Shown here: positions 36,121-48,735 of the stretch, in pieces
Numbering within the stretch: the stretch's first letter is position 1
How the letters are laid out: each line of letters begins with the position of its first letter
Assembly (NCBI GenBank): GCA_043228905.1
Contig: JBHGNT010000011.1
Coordinates: forward strand, 8,990,001 to 9,054,000
Direction of reading: 5' to 3'
DNA length: 64,000 nucleotides
Source: Azolla caroliniana
Lineage: Eukaryota > Plantae > Polypodiophyta
Translations under genes and position numbers: made by a program
The notes under the pieces: model-generated
The model's database searches: none
The model's input: only the letters and a program-made list of their open reading frames with translations
Told to the model about the DNA's origin: nothing

Positions 36121-39100
36121 TGTTGAGAAGCAAGCTCAACAAAGGTATGTGATGCTTATTGAGAAATAAGCTATAGTAGCTATTAGCTAATTAGCTACTA
36201 GTGGACATAAAGGTGAAACAACTAATGTATGTGATGCTTATTGAGAAATAAGCTATAGTAGCTATTAGCTAATTAGCTACTAGTGGACATAAAGGTGAAA
36301 CAACTATTTAGTTATGCATAGCTATTTAGCTATAGACAGCTAATTAGCTGCATATATAAGTCACTTATGTACTTAGGTAAAAAGTAAGTAAGTAGTAAGT
36401 AGTAATGAGAAGAGTGAGAGTAGTGCAGAGTGAGTAAGAATAGAAAAACAAAAAATAGACGAGAGCGAGTTGAGTTATGCGTGTAATGAAGTAGAAGTTT
36501 TTTGGATTGTGTAGAGGTAAGCTTCTTTCCCGTTCCCCTTTCTGTCTTGAGCACTGAACGATCCAACATATCACGATCCGCTGCGTACACAGAAGAGCCG
36601 TAGTGCCTTCGTAACATGGTATTAGAGCAGAGTTGCTCATAAAGAAGAGTATAGCAGTGCACAGATCTAAGAAGGTTATTTCTTTGTTTGTTGATCTGAA
36701 TTAGAGAGTTACTTGTTGAAGTAATCGTAGCAAAAGCCCTAATAGAAAGAGAAAATGGTTGCTGAGAATGCAGACCAAATCATTACAAAGAAATTGGATA
36801 AAAACAATTTCCCGGCGTGGAAATTCAGAATGACAAAACTTCCTCATGGGGAGAGGATACTGGGATTATATTGAAGGAGACCTATAAGAGGCTCTAGAGA
36901 TCCCTGAAGAAAATGCATCTGCTACACAGATAAAAGCATTTAAGGAATGGAACCAAGGGCTCTCACTTAGCATCTCGGATTCGATGTTTGGACACATACA
37001 GGATGCTATGCTTCCAAAAGAAGCTTGGGAATGTTTAGTAAAACTATTTGCAGTGAATACAAAGGCAAGAAAGCTTCAGTTGAAAATTGAGCTAAATACT
37101 TTGGAAAAAGGTAAGATATCAGTGAATGAGTATGCTCTGAAAATAAAGAGCATATGTGAATCACTTGCTTCTATCAATGTGAAGATAGAAGATGATGATA
37201 AGGTGGAAATATGCTTAAGAGGCTTAGGACCTCAATACAAGAGTTTCAAAACATCTATTCTCACAAGGGATAGTATCCTAAGTTTTCCAGATCTGGTTTC
37301 AATGCTTGTAGTAGAAGAAAGAAATCAAATCGATGATGTAAACAAAGGAAACTCAGAGAATGAGGGGCAAGCCCTCTACAATAGTGCTGGAAGAGGCCGA
37401 GGAAGAGGCCATGGAAGATTTGGTTCAGCTAGAACCAACAACAATAGTTATCAAGGAAGAGGACAATAGGTTGTAAGTGGAAGAAATAACATCAGAGGCA
37501 GGGGGAGCAATCGAGGAAGAGGTAAGCAAACCTATTCGAATGATGATGGTTGTTGGTATTGTGTAAAACCAGGCCACACACATGCTGAATGTTATAAAAA
37601 GCAAAATGATGAGAAAAGAGGGAAGAGACAACAAAATAACTATGCCTCAACTAGTGAAGATTGTAATAAAGATGATGCATCTGTGATGCAACATGAAACA
37701 GGAGCAGTGGCTAAATGTTCACAAAGATGCAATGAAGAGTTTATGTGGTATGTAGATTCTGGGGCATCTAATCATATGACAGGACATAAAAACTGGTTTG
37801 AAAGGTTAAGGGAACTAGAGATTCTTGGTTATGTACAGACAGGTGATAATACTACTCACCAAATAGAGCCTGTTGGAGATATCCCATTGTGGGAAGAAAA
37901 AGGAAAAACAAAGTATATGCTGAATGTTATGCATGTTCCAAACCTTGCAAAAAATCTGATTTTTGTTGGACATATAGTAGAGCAAGGAATGCAAGTGAAG
38001 TTTAAGCAAAGTGGATGCGTCATAGAGAAAAATGGAAAGCTCATTGCAAGAGGAAAACGAGAAGGAAGGATGTTTGTGTTAGATGTGGATATGCTTAGGA
38101 AGATTACAACCATGTTTACAGAAGGAATGAGTGTAATCTCAGAAGTGGAAATGTGGCATAAAAGAATCGGTCACATAAGTATGCAAACATTGAAAAATAT
38201 GTTGAGGAAAGATGCAGTGGCTGGACTGCCTAAGCTCAAAGACTGTGAGATGGGAAAAATATGTGAAGCATGCCAATATGGAAAGCAAAACAAGTTGTCT
38301 TTCCCTCATGAAAGACATGTAAGTAAAAATCTGCTGGATTTGGTACATACTGATGTATGGGGACCAACAAAAAATGCATCAATTAGTGGATGTAAGTTTT
38401 ATGTAACTTTCATTGATGATTGCTCAAGGAAAACATGGGTTTACTTCATGAAGGAAAAAAGTGAAGTATTTGATTGTTTCCGTAAGTTTAAATGCATGGT
38501 AGAAAAGCAGGTTGGAACTAGAATAAAATGCCTAAGATCTTATGGAGGAGGAGAGTACTTCTCAAATGAGTTTTCTAATTTTCTATGTAATCAAGGGATA
38601 AGGAGACAGTTTACATGCAGATATACTCCACAACAAAATGGAGTTGCTGAGAGAAAAAACAAAACTTTGGTGAACATAGCAAGGGTTATGATGACTGAAA
38701 AAAATATGTCATTGTATTATTGGGCAAAAGCTGTAAACACAGCAAAGTACATTCTAAATAGATGTATAACATCCGAAGTACATGAGGTAACTCCTGAAGA
38801 ATGTTTCTATGGAAGGAAACCTAGCTTAGGACACTTGAAAGTGTTTGGATGCCTTGCCTATGTCCATGTACCTGCTGAGGTGAGAAGTAAGCTTGATCCA
38901 AAAGCTGAAAAATGTATTTTTGTTGGATATTCAGAGGAGCAAAAAGGGTATAGATGCTATTACCCTTTGACAAAAAAAATTGTGGTAAGTCAGGATGTAA
39001 TATTTGATGAGTTGAGCAGTTGGTACAACCCAAAACAAAATGTAGAAACTGATGAAGACTATGAAAATGAAGATAGGGATAAATCTGAAAATGTAAGAGA

Positions 39101-41454
39101 TAACCACAGATATGGAAGCAATGTTGGACAACAAAGTTCAACATCAATGGAATGTACTAGACCATCTGGAAGCTCAGGTAGTAAATCTGAATCAAATACA
39201 TGGAGTGGAAAACATGCAAGACACAAAAAATATGATGATAAAAAGGGAAAACAGAAGATGCCAAAGTATGAAATGCTTGATGATGGATCTAGAAACATGG
39301 AAGATGTAGATTCAGATACATCATTGGATGATGAGCTTGATATAGGATCTCTAAAAATCCCTGGTATGGAAAGGGCAATGAATGATGCAAATCAGAAACT
39401 CAGAAGGTCAGATAGAGAGAAAAAGACTGTTGAAAGATTTGGCTATGACACATATATGGCTATGCACTATGCATACATGTCTAAGGCGGTACAAATCCCT
39501 GATCCAAATAGTTTCGAAGAAGCTTAAGCTGAGAAGAAATGGGTGGATGCAATGCAAGAAGACATTGATGCATTGGCTGAAAACAAAATATGGGATTTGG
39601 TAAAGTTACCAAAAGGAAAAAATGTGGTAGGTTGCAAATGGGTCTACAAGACAAAGCATGATTCCAATGGAAATGTTATTAGACATAAAGCAAGACTTGT
39701 TGCAAAGGGATATGCCAAAATGCAAGGAATTGATTATGATGAGACATTTGCACCAGTTGCAAAGATGGCAACATTGAGGGCATTACTTGTTGTAGGTGCA
39801 GCTAGAATATGGATTTTGCATCATATGGATGTAAAAAAACATTTTTTACATGGTAACTTAGAAGAAGAAGTGTATATGTGTCAACCACCAGGTTTTGAAG
39901 ATAGGAAGCATCCTGAATATGTTTGTAAGCTGAAAAAGGCTCTCTATGGATTGAAACAAGCACCAAGAGCATGGCACAGAGAACTTTCAGAATCTCTGAA
40001 AAAATTTGCTTTCAAAATGTCAAAGGTTGATCCATCATTATATGTAAAGAAGATAAATGATTGCATTGTTGTGATCTTGATATATGTTGATGATCTAATC
40101 ATTCGAGGTGATTCTATGGAAGAGATAAGTAAGTTGAAGAAAAATTTGGAAATGCAATTTCAGATGAAGGATTTGGGAGATTTGAGATACTTTCTTGGCA
40201 TTGAGATCATAAGATCTGAGAGTGGTATATATATGTTGCAAAAACAGTATGCAACAACTATGTTGAAGAAGTATGGTATGCTTGGATGCAAACCTATTGG
40301 TATACCACTAGATAAGAACTGCAATTTGACAGGTCTATGGTGGGCAACCTCATATATTTGACCATGACAAGACCTGATTTGAGTTATTTTGTTGGATTAG
40401 TTAGCCAGTTTATGCAACAGCCAATAAAGCCACATTTGGACTGCATAGGAAGAATTCTGAGGTATGTAAAAGTTACTCAGAACTATGGATTGTTTTACAG
40501 GGCTGATTTGGACATAAAGTTGGAAGGATATACATATGTTGATTGGGCTGGAAGCCAAACTGACAGAAGATCCACAAGTGGATATATGTTTACATTGGGA
40601 AATGCAGCTATTTCATGGAGTAGCAAGAAACAAGCTACTGTTGCATTGTCAAGTACTGAACCTGAGTATAGAGGAGCTGCAATAGCTACCTGTGAAGAGG
40701 TATGGATCAGAAGATTGCTTTCTGATTTGGGAGAATATATAGATGGTGCTGTCACAATTTGGTGTGTCAATATGAGCAGCATTCAGCTGGCAAAAAATCC
40801 AGTGTTCCATGCAAGAACAAAGCACATTGAAGTGCATTATCACTTTGTTAGAGAAAAAGTGATTGATGGAGAAGTGGATATGTTGTATGTAAGTACAAAT
40901 AAGCAAGTTGTTGATATTCTTACGAAGGGATTGAGCATGGAAAAACACACACAATTTAGAGACATGATTGGAGTTATAACCATTGGCATGGTAACTGAGA
41001 AGCATGAAGAAAAGAAGATTGAAGATGATCCCAAGAAAGGATAAGTTGAGCTTGAGGGGGAGTGTTGAGAAGCAAGCTCAACAAAGGTATGTGATGCTTA
41101 TTGAGAAATAAGCTATAGTAGCTATTAGCTAATTAGCTACTAGTGGACATAAAGGTGAAACAGCTATTTAGCTACTGACAGCTAATTAGTTGCATATATA
41201 AGTCACTTATGTACTTAGGTAAAAAGTAAGTAGTAAGTAGCAATGAGAAGAGTGAGAGTAGTGCAGAGTGAGTAAGAACAGAAAAACAAAAAACAGACCA
41301 GAGCGAGTTGAGCTCTGCATGTAATGAAGTAGAAGTTTTTTGGACTCTGTAGAGGTAAGTTTTTTTCCCCTTCCCCTTTCTATCTTGAGCACTGAACGAT
41401 CCAACACATCACGATCCGCTGCGTACACAGAAGAGTCGTAGTACCTTCATAACA
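36121..41454 (+). mobile_element. Copia element G, full length, nested in the gag of F: 5' LTR 36121-36616 (with ~80-bp tandem duplication), PBS 36617-36628, PPT ~41054-41062, 3' LTR 41063-41454
   Basis: Perfect TSD CCGAT (36116-36120 and 41455-41459); tRNA-iMet-type PBS TGGTATTAGAGC; matching LTRs. Confidence 0.95.
36755..41044 (+). pseudogene. Copia gag-pol polyprotein of element G with stops and frameshifts
   Basis: ORFs 36984..37469, 37683..39527 (WYVDSGASNHMT, integrase), 39543..40361 (RT, LIYVDDL) and 40337..41044 (RNase H). Confidence 0.92.
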
Positions 41455-42018
41455 CCGATAACGGGCCACGTCGACGCATGGTGTCGATCTCCATCGATGT
41501 CGGAGTATTTGCTTGAGATACGTCTCGTGCAAACGGTTTAGCCGCGACTGAGGCGTATGTGGGCTCCAACCTAGGGCGTGGTATTTGTATTTGACGTTCA
41601 GAACGCCATTTGAAAAGGTGGTTGTCACATCGGACCGCTCGACTGATTGCCTCTGTAAGAGACTTTGGTTCTTCGGGGAAGGTTAAGAGTAAATCTTTGA
41701 CATCATTTCGCAGGCCGTAGCGAAACTGCTCCATTAGTGCCTGATCATCCCAGGGGATATCTGAGGCAAGTAGACGGAAATTTGCTGTGTAGGTAGAGGC
41801 TAGACGATCACCTTGATGCAATCGTCGGATTTTGTTGATCATCGTCCTGATGTTGTCGATATCTCCAAAGCAAGCTTTAAACTCGCTAATAAAGTCTTCA
41901 AAGTTATTAAGCAAGGGCGATTGTTTTTCTAGAAGCAGAGCGAACCATGGCAAGGCTAAGTCGCTAAGTAACATGCCTATTAGGCCGATTCGGGATGCAT
42001 CAGTGGGGTATCGGGAAG

Positions 42019-42812
42019 GATGCATTTGAATGACTAAGCGTACCGGATTAAGAAATCCCCTTAATTGCAATCGCATTCCATCGAATTTCACAGGAAGTCT
42101 AATCTTGGGCTCTTTATGAAATCCTTGGGGACTTGATCCTTGTTGTTACAATGCTACGATGGTTGCTTCAAGTTGTTGTAAACGTAACGCTAACTCCACA
42201 TGTTGCTGTTGCAACTCCACATGTTGTTGCTGTGTTTGCTGTTTTTCTAGAGTGATTTGTTGAAGATCCCCTAACAATCGTTGGTTTTCTTGTTCCAAGG
42301 CAACAAAATTTTCTTTTAGACCCTGTAGCTCGGAGAAAACAGATTGATATTCTTCAGCGCTAAAAGTAGCCATAGTATTGGAAAAAAGGGTTAAGAGGAT
42401 GAGGGAAACCAAAAAGATGCATTTGAATGACTAAGCGTACCGGATTAAGAAATCCCCTTAATTGCGATCTCATTCCATCGAATTTCACAGGAAGTCTAAT
42501 CTTGGGCTCTTTATAAAATCCTTGGGGACTTGATCCTTGTTGTTACAATGCTACGATGGTTGCTTCAAGTTGTTGTAAACGTAACGCTAACTCCCCATGT
42601 TGTTGTTGCAACTCCACATGTTGTTGCTTCGTTTGCTATTTTTCTAGAGTGATTTGTTGAAGATCCCCTAACAATCGTTGGTTTTCTTGTTCCAAGGCAA
42701 CAAAATTTTCTTTTAGACCCTGTAGCTCGGAGAAAACAGATTGATATTCTTCAGTGCTAAAAGTAGCCATAGTATTGGAAAAAAGGGTTGAGAGGATGAG
42801 GGAAACCAAAAA
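42019..42812. repeat. ~397-bp tandem duplication of the leader and gag start of F
   Basis: 42019-42415 is repeated at 42416-42812 with several substitutions. Confidence 0.9.
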
Positions 42813-42826
42813 GAAGACTAAAGGGG

Positions 42827-42838
42827 AAATTGGTTCAA
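42827..42838 (-). promoter_or_regulatory. Non-tRNA primer-binding site of F (TTGAACCAATTT), complementary to LTR 43034-43045
   Basis: 2 nt from the LTR end. Exact 12-nt complement of minus-strand AAATTGGTTCAA, which starts 33 nt after the first T of TATAAAAG (43078). Confidence 0.72.
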
Positions 42839-45800
42839 ACTGTCAGGAATAGTACTAAAACTTAGAGAGAATTAGTACTGGAGAAGGGAAGTACTATTAG
42901 TACAAAGAGGACAGGACTGCGTAAGACTCCCGAGAGAGGAAGAGAGAAGAGGAGAGAGAGAGAGATGTGATGCTAACAAATGATATATTATATGAAGAGT
43001 AAGTACAAAATGTCTATAAGGCTATGATTGGCGTTGAACCAATTTGGTTCAACATAATGCCTTGTGCCTCCTTTTATAGTGTTCTCAACAGGAGTCCTAA
43101 AGCTTCTAGAATGTTCCAGAGAAATCTAGAATATACATTAATTTCCTGTAATAAAACTTAAATGAAAATAATATCTTACGTATTACAATAGATGGTATAA
43201 TGGTCAAGAGCTCGACCCATATAACATAAAGTCATGGGTTCGAGTCTTGCCATATCATGACAATATTGTGATTGCCATGACCCTACGAGTAAATGTAAGC
43301 ATATACTCAGCATCAAGATGATTATTGAGAGACACATGCCACAACTATGTGGGTCGTTGCCTTTTATAGATCATGCAACCCATATGCACAATGACCATTT
43401 CACAGAGACGGAAGTGGAGACAGAGGTAGAACTAGTCGAGGAGACAAACCCTATAACATCACAAATGGAGGAATGGGAGTCAAAACTACAAACAGCTGAG
43501 GGGGCTATTCAATGTCTTAGGCAAGGGTTACGATCCCTCGACCATGCAACAATTTTGGCATGTATGGAGTCCATTGAAGAAATGAGTCAGACGGTGGTGT
43601 ATCACGCAGGTGCACCGAAACCAACCAATGAAGAAGACCGTGGATCCGTAAGGCATAAGCAAGCAATTGGTGCAAAAGGGGAGCATCAGTCAACATTTCA
43701 CAAGATCTTATTGGCAACTCCCCAAACACTTCCAAGGCACACACAAGAAAAATGCAAAGAGGCGCAAGTCGAGCTAGGAGGCGGTTGCCAATATGTGCGA
43801 AAGAGAAAATGCGATGCTTGCATTGCGATGCCTTGACCTTTAGATCAAGGGACTCAAATGTTGATTGTTGCAAGAATTGTGGCCGCATCTTGCCATCATC
43901 TCCGGATGAGCCATAAACATAGCTTGAGTGGTTTTGAGGACTAGTGCATTTGGGTTTACAATGTTTAAAGTGGATTTATGTTGATTTATGAGTGCACTTG
44001 GGAGTATGTCATATGTTGATTTATGTTTTTAGTTTCCTGTTTCAAGTATGTCACATGTTGATTTGGGTTTACGATGTTTAAAGTGGATTTACATTCAAAG
44101 GATGTCATATGTTGATTTATTTTTCAAGTATGTCATATGTTGATTTATGTTTCAAATATGTCATATGTAGATTTATGTTTCAAGTATGTCATATTTTGAT
44201 TCATGTTTCAAGTATGTTATAAGTTTATCTCTGTTTTAAGTTTTATGTTTTTTAACTTTTATGTTTTAAGATGATTATTTGTTTTATGTTAACTATGGTG
44301 AAGATCGTCGATTTTGAATAATTTAAGGTTGGATTTTGTGACTGTTTAATATGTTATTGTAAGTTTTAAGGGTAATGATCAAGCTTATTTGAAGATTTTG
44401 GTCGAAATGGTACATTTGGTTGGGCGACCTGCAAAGGTCAGGGTTGGGTGACCTACAGTTGGGCGACCTCTGACAGGTTTTCTTTCGCGCGTTCTTCCTT
44501 ATCGAAATCTAACGGTGCAGATCGCATGCGCCTTCCTCTGAGCGACCTGCACCGTCTGTGGCCGTGATTCCCTCACCATCCCTCTTTATGATTTGATGCA
44601 AAATAGACACAGCCTTATACATGCATACATGCTTATGTTTATGCATGTATGTATATGGAGGCGACGTGTCTATTATGACACAAATCATAAAGAGGGTTGG
44701 TGAGAGAATCGCGTGCGATCTACACCATCGAATTTCGATATGGAAGAAGGTGCGAAAAATAAAGTTGTGCAGAGGTCACCCAACCTTGTCAGAGGTTGCC
44801 CAACCAACTGAATAAAAGATGCAGGTCGCCCAACCATTTATTTTTAAAACGGTTGGGTGACTAGTTTAAGCAAGTTGCCAACTGCTTTAGGTTTATATTG
44901 AGTTGGTCACCTAACCAACTCAATAAAAGATGCAGGTTGCCCAACCGATGACTATAAAAGCCTGAAACTTGTCATTATCTCTCATTTTTTCAAACTGGAT
45001 TGACAGGTTTCTTTTGCCGGGAAAGAGTTGGGCGTCAGGCGATCTGCAATCGACATACACAACAATCAATCTCCTCCATCACTATTCCCAGATATGTACT
45101 AAACCCTATTACATCACTTTTTTTGTTTTTTTTACATGTGGTAGGAATAGTTGAGGGATTAGGGTTTGGAGTAGTTGAGGGATTACAATGATAAGTAGGT
45201 TGAGTTGGTCACCCAACCAACTCAATAAAAGATGCAACTCAATAAAAGTTTATTCAATCATCTCTCTTCTTAGCAGAAATATCTCTCTTTTTTTCATGTA
45301 CTTCTGCAACAAATTTTGTATTCATAAATCTCTAATTTGTAAATCTCTAATGTATTTCTTTATAAATCTCTAATTTGTTTTTGTTTATGTATTACTTTGT
45401 ACACAATCTCAAGCATTATGTATCAGAATATTGAGAGGATTCCAGGAAAAACAGGGATATTAACAATCTCTCCGTTCTTCACATTATTTTTGTAATAATA
45501 TTTCTCGTCTTTCCATAATAATCTTTCTTTTCCATGTATGCGTTTTATGCACAATTCAATGGTTTTTCATCACATCGGGGTACAATATCCATCATCCCTA
45601 ATGTGGGCTATGATGATGATTTTTGCTTGTTTTTTGGGATTCAGTTTGCATTCTAGAAACTTAGGTTATAGCTGAAATTATAGAAAAATACTAGCCATTT
45701 TTGGGGGGATTTTGGGTTTCATTCGACATTGTTACAGCTTAGACAAATGTTGAAATTCGAATTAATGTAAAACTATTCATCTTTAGGGACTAGGGCCTCA

Positions 45801-46031
45801 TCCTACATAAACTTAATCATGTAAAAAGTACTCATTTTATAGGACATTGGGATTTGAGTCTCATTCATGCTTAATCTAATTATTACAACATGATAAGTAG
45901 GATATACATATGGGGAGATTTGGAAGTGAGGGATTAGGGTTTAGGGTTTAATGATTTGCTTGCTTAAACTTAATATTGTGTGTGTTTGAGTATTAAATTC
46001 AAAAAATGTTTGATTACTTGAATGGTGGTAG

Positions 46032-48102
46032 ATGGCTTCCAAGTCCAAGTACAAAGATTGGTGGGATTTCGATAACAGTGACATATATCCAACTCAAGAG
46101 AGGTATGTCACGAACCAATCTCCCCTAATACTGGTTTAGGGTTTGATGCATGTATGTTGACTCGTGATTTGTTAAAGGGTCTTCGTTAGAAGACATTGGC
46201 GAAGTTCGTCAACCGACATGTGTAGGAGTGGGGAGAGAATGGATCAGACACATGCGCCTCAGATCGAGCCCATACATGCTATGGCAACATTCAACCAAGA
46301 TGCTCCTCCAAATGGTATGTGAATTTGGTGTCGTTGCAATATGTCAATCTTTATGCCAATCTTTATGTCAATCTTTATGTCAATCTTAAATATGTAACAC
46401 ATATAGAAGGAACAGATGTTCCTCGCCCAGACTCGTTGTATAAGGTTGGAAGACATGCAAATGGGAACAAGGCTCGTGCATGTATCTATACTGAGTATTG
46501 CCGCCTCTCGCCAAGGTGGTATTGCAAAAAAAGTGACATGGAATCACATTTACGCAGGGAACATGGAATAGACATAGTCCTACCACGAGGGATGCGTATA
46601 GAGGATGAGGAGGGTATTCCGGGGGCATGCTTTAATAGCTATGAGTGTCAGAGATCACTCAGAAGATTCATGGACCCCGAAATCAAGTACAACAGAAATC
46701 AGCAAACATATATCCGGAAGTTGAAGGTTAGGGTTGTTTCAAGGTACAAATCTATTCCTGCTCAACTCCGTCTTGACAGAGAGGCAGAGTTCGTGGCGCG
46801 ATTTATGGACAACGAGATGGCCATATACGACTCTAAAAAGGATGAGCATTTGGAGATGTTGATGAAGAAGATAACATCCGGTTTGGATTCTTATGTAAGT
46901 ATGAACGAGGATTTCATTTCAGATATGTGTTGGAGGGTTTATTGGTAGAATTCAGATAATAACATGTGTCTTATTGTGGTGAAACAGTGTAAAAAGGCGG
47001 GGATATCCACCCAACCACAGGGTGTGTCCACGGATATGGATGAGGCTCTAAACCCATCTGAGGGTGGTGTGTCCACTCCATCGAGATGGAGACGACAAAA
47101 GATGCCAGTCCGACGAAAGGAGGTCGAGTCAAACATTGATGTTTATTCCCTAACATCAAATTTAGATGACGTTGCATCGGATGTGGCCATAGTTCAAATT
47201 CAACATGGCAAGGGCATAAGGTTATGGATCCAAACACCAAATAAACACTTTTCCAGGTAGGGTTTATGTGAAATATAAACTAGTATCCTACTAACTGACA
47301 TGGGGTGTGATGTACCTACTCAAACTACATATTTCTATGCATTCAGGTACCAACTGACCTGCAAACGTTTCGATTTGGCCCTTGACGTTGGCAGGTCAGT
47401 TGGTACCTGAATGCATAGAAATATTTAGTTTGAGTAGGTACATCACACCCCATGTCAGTTAGTAGGATACTAGTTTATATTTCACATAAACCCTACCTGG
47501 AAAAGTGTTTATTTGGTGTTTGGATCCATAACCTTATGCCCTTGCCATGCTGAATTTGAACTATGGCCCTCGATTTGGCCCTCCTTAGGAAGGTGGCTGA
47601 ATGTGATTTTATGTTCATTCTGATTGTGCTTGACAGGCATTGGGTGTTGTGGACGAAGATGCGACAGAAAGTTTGTAAGCTAACTAGCAAAGTAGTCTTC
47701 TACGATCCATTGAACAATGCAGCGATTGACAACATGTGGAGAATGGCAGAGTTGGTGATTCGGAAAATTTCATCTGAACCGTCAGACCACACCATTGTGC
47801 CCGAGGGTCGACAACATGTATTGCACATCCCAACTCGGCCAAATTGTTGGGATTGTGGCTTTTACGTGATGAAGACTATCCAAATGTTGGTGGGGGAGTT
47901 CTTACAAGGATGGATATCTCCGACTTTTGTAAGTGTAATTGCAATGCCTTATTCATGTGGATTGTGTATAGATGTGTTCTTATACATATTTGGTGATAGG
48001 GCACAGAGATGTGGTTCACCAAACGCGAAGTGGATTCATGTGGACGAGTGGGCACGAAGGGTACTAGGATTTGCACCTGCGATCGGTGGCTCCATATTGT
48101 AA
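46032..48102 (+). pseudogene. MULE cargo gene: N-terminal C2H2-like zinc finger and C-terminal Ulp1/C48 SUMO protease-like domain; spliced, disrupted
   Basis: CIYTEYC..Y.KKSDMESHLRREH in ORF 46319..46948; catalytic H-D-C pattern RHWVL / FYDPL / PNCWDCGFYV in ORF 47563..48102; GT-AG introns visible (e.g. ~47257-47346). Confidence 0.72.
47185..47568. repeat. Near-perfect 184-bp inverted repeat with a 16-nt loop (foldback)
   Basis: 47185-47368 is the reverse complement of 47385-47568 with about three mismatches by eye. The peptide AIVQIQHGKGIRLWIQTPNKHFSR appears in both a plus and a minus ORF. Confidence 0.95.
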
Positions 48103-48735
48103 ATTTTGTGAAAGTTGTTTTCAACACAGATTTTGCTATAGAGCTAATGTTGTGACTATATTTTCGAATCCACACAAATTTTGTATAGTGAGAATCGACT
48201 CATTGTATCGCGATTACTTATTAATGGAAATGTTATTTACAACAAGTGTTTATCTCAAGTTGATTTGTTGTTTTAAACGAATCACAAGTTGTGATCTAAA
48301 GTTGATTTGTTGTTTTAAACCAATCTAAGTTGTGATCTAAAGTTGATTTGTTGTTTTAAAACTTTCTCAAGTTGTGATCTCCAATAGATTTGATGTTTTA
48401 ACCAATCTCAAGTTGTTTACCAAAGGAGGTCAATAACATGGCCAACAAGTTAAAAATTGGGAGTGCCATGTTAGGGGTTGATTGGTCTTTGATGATGCAA
48501 GATGCCTATGCCCTCCGAGATCTTGGGAAGGTGGCTCATGTCCAACCCCACTTGCCTGGTTAATATGGATCTCCCCCGAGGCAACCGTTCATCTTGGTGC
48601 TCCAAGATAAATGGATGTTAGAGATGTGTGAGTGATTGTCAATAACCAACTCTTGGGCAATCGACTCCACGTTTAAAACAAACCAATTTGGCTTGCCATT
48701 ATATGCAGTTGTGGCCCCAAATGCAATGGGAGTTG

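Larger units (their letters stand above)
23408..43262 (-). mobile_element. Gypsy element F (chromovirus, Tcn1/sushi-like), bounded at both ends: 5' LTR 42841-43262, internally deleted 3' LTR 23408-23631, PPT from 23632; hosts a solo LTR, element H and element G
   Basis: TSD ATATT (23403-23407 and 43263-43267), with the empty site visible in MULE copy 2 (~50296). Gag 41460-42400 and 35880-36115, protease LLDSGANSCF, RT YLDDLLIYS, RNase H ADASDF, integrase and chromodomain (YEV..VL....YYLVDWLGY...TWEP). Confidence 0.93.
21370..44614 (+). mobile_element. Mutator-like element (MULE) copy 1, decayed: segments ~21370-23407 and 43268-44614, split by Gypsy element F; right TIR ends ~44610
   Basis: WRKY/GCM1-like finger (CTRRRKHSSRCGCTFHV..HTGH), MULE DDE core (WGIDSTFKSNQFGLPLY; AIVIDKS; QFHAKKA; TTNLVERHWQFIK), and a SWIM finger CSYCDC..SKCKH rebuilt across the F insertion. 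Right end matches that of copy 2. Left end not found. Confidence 0.8.
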
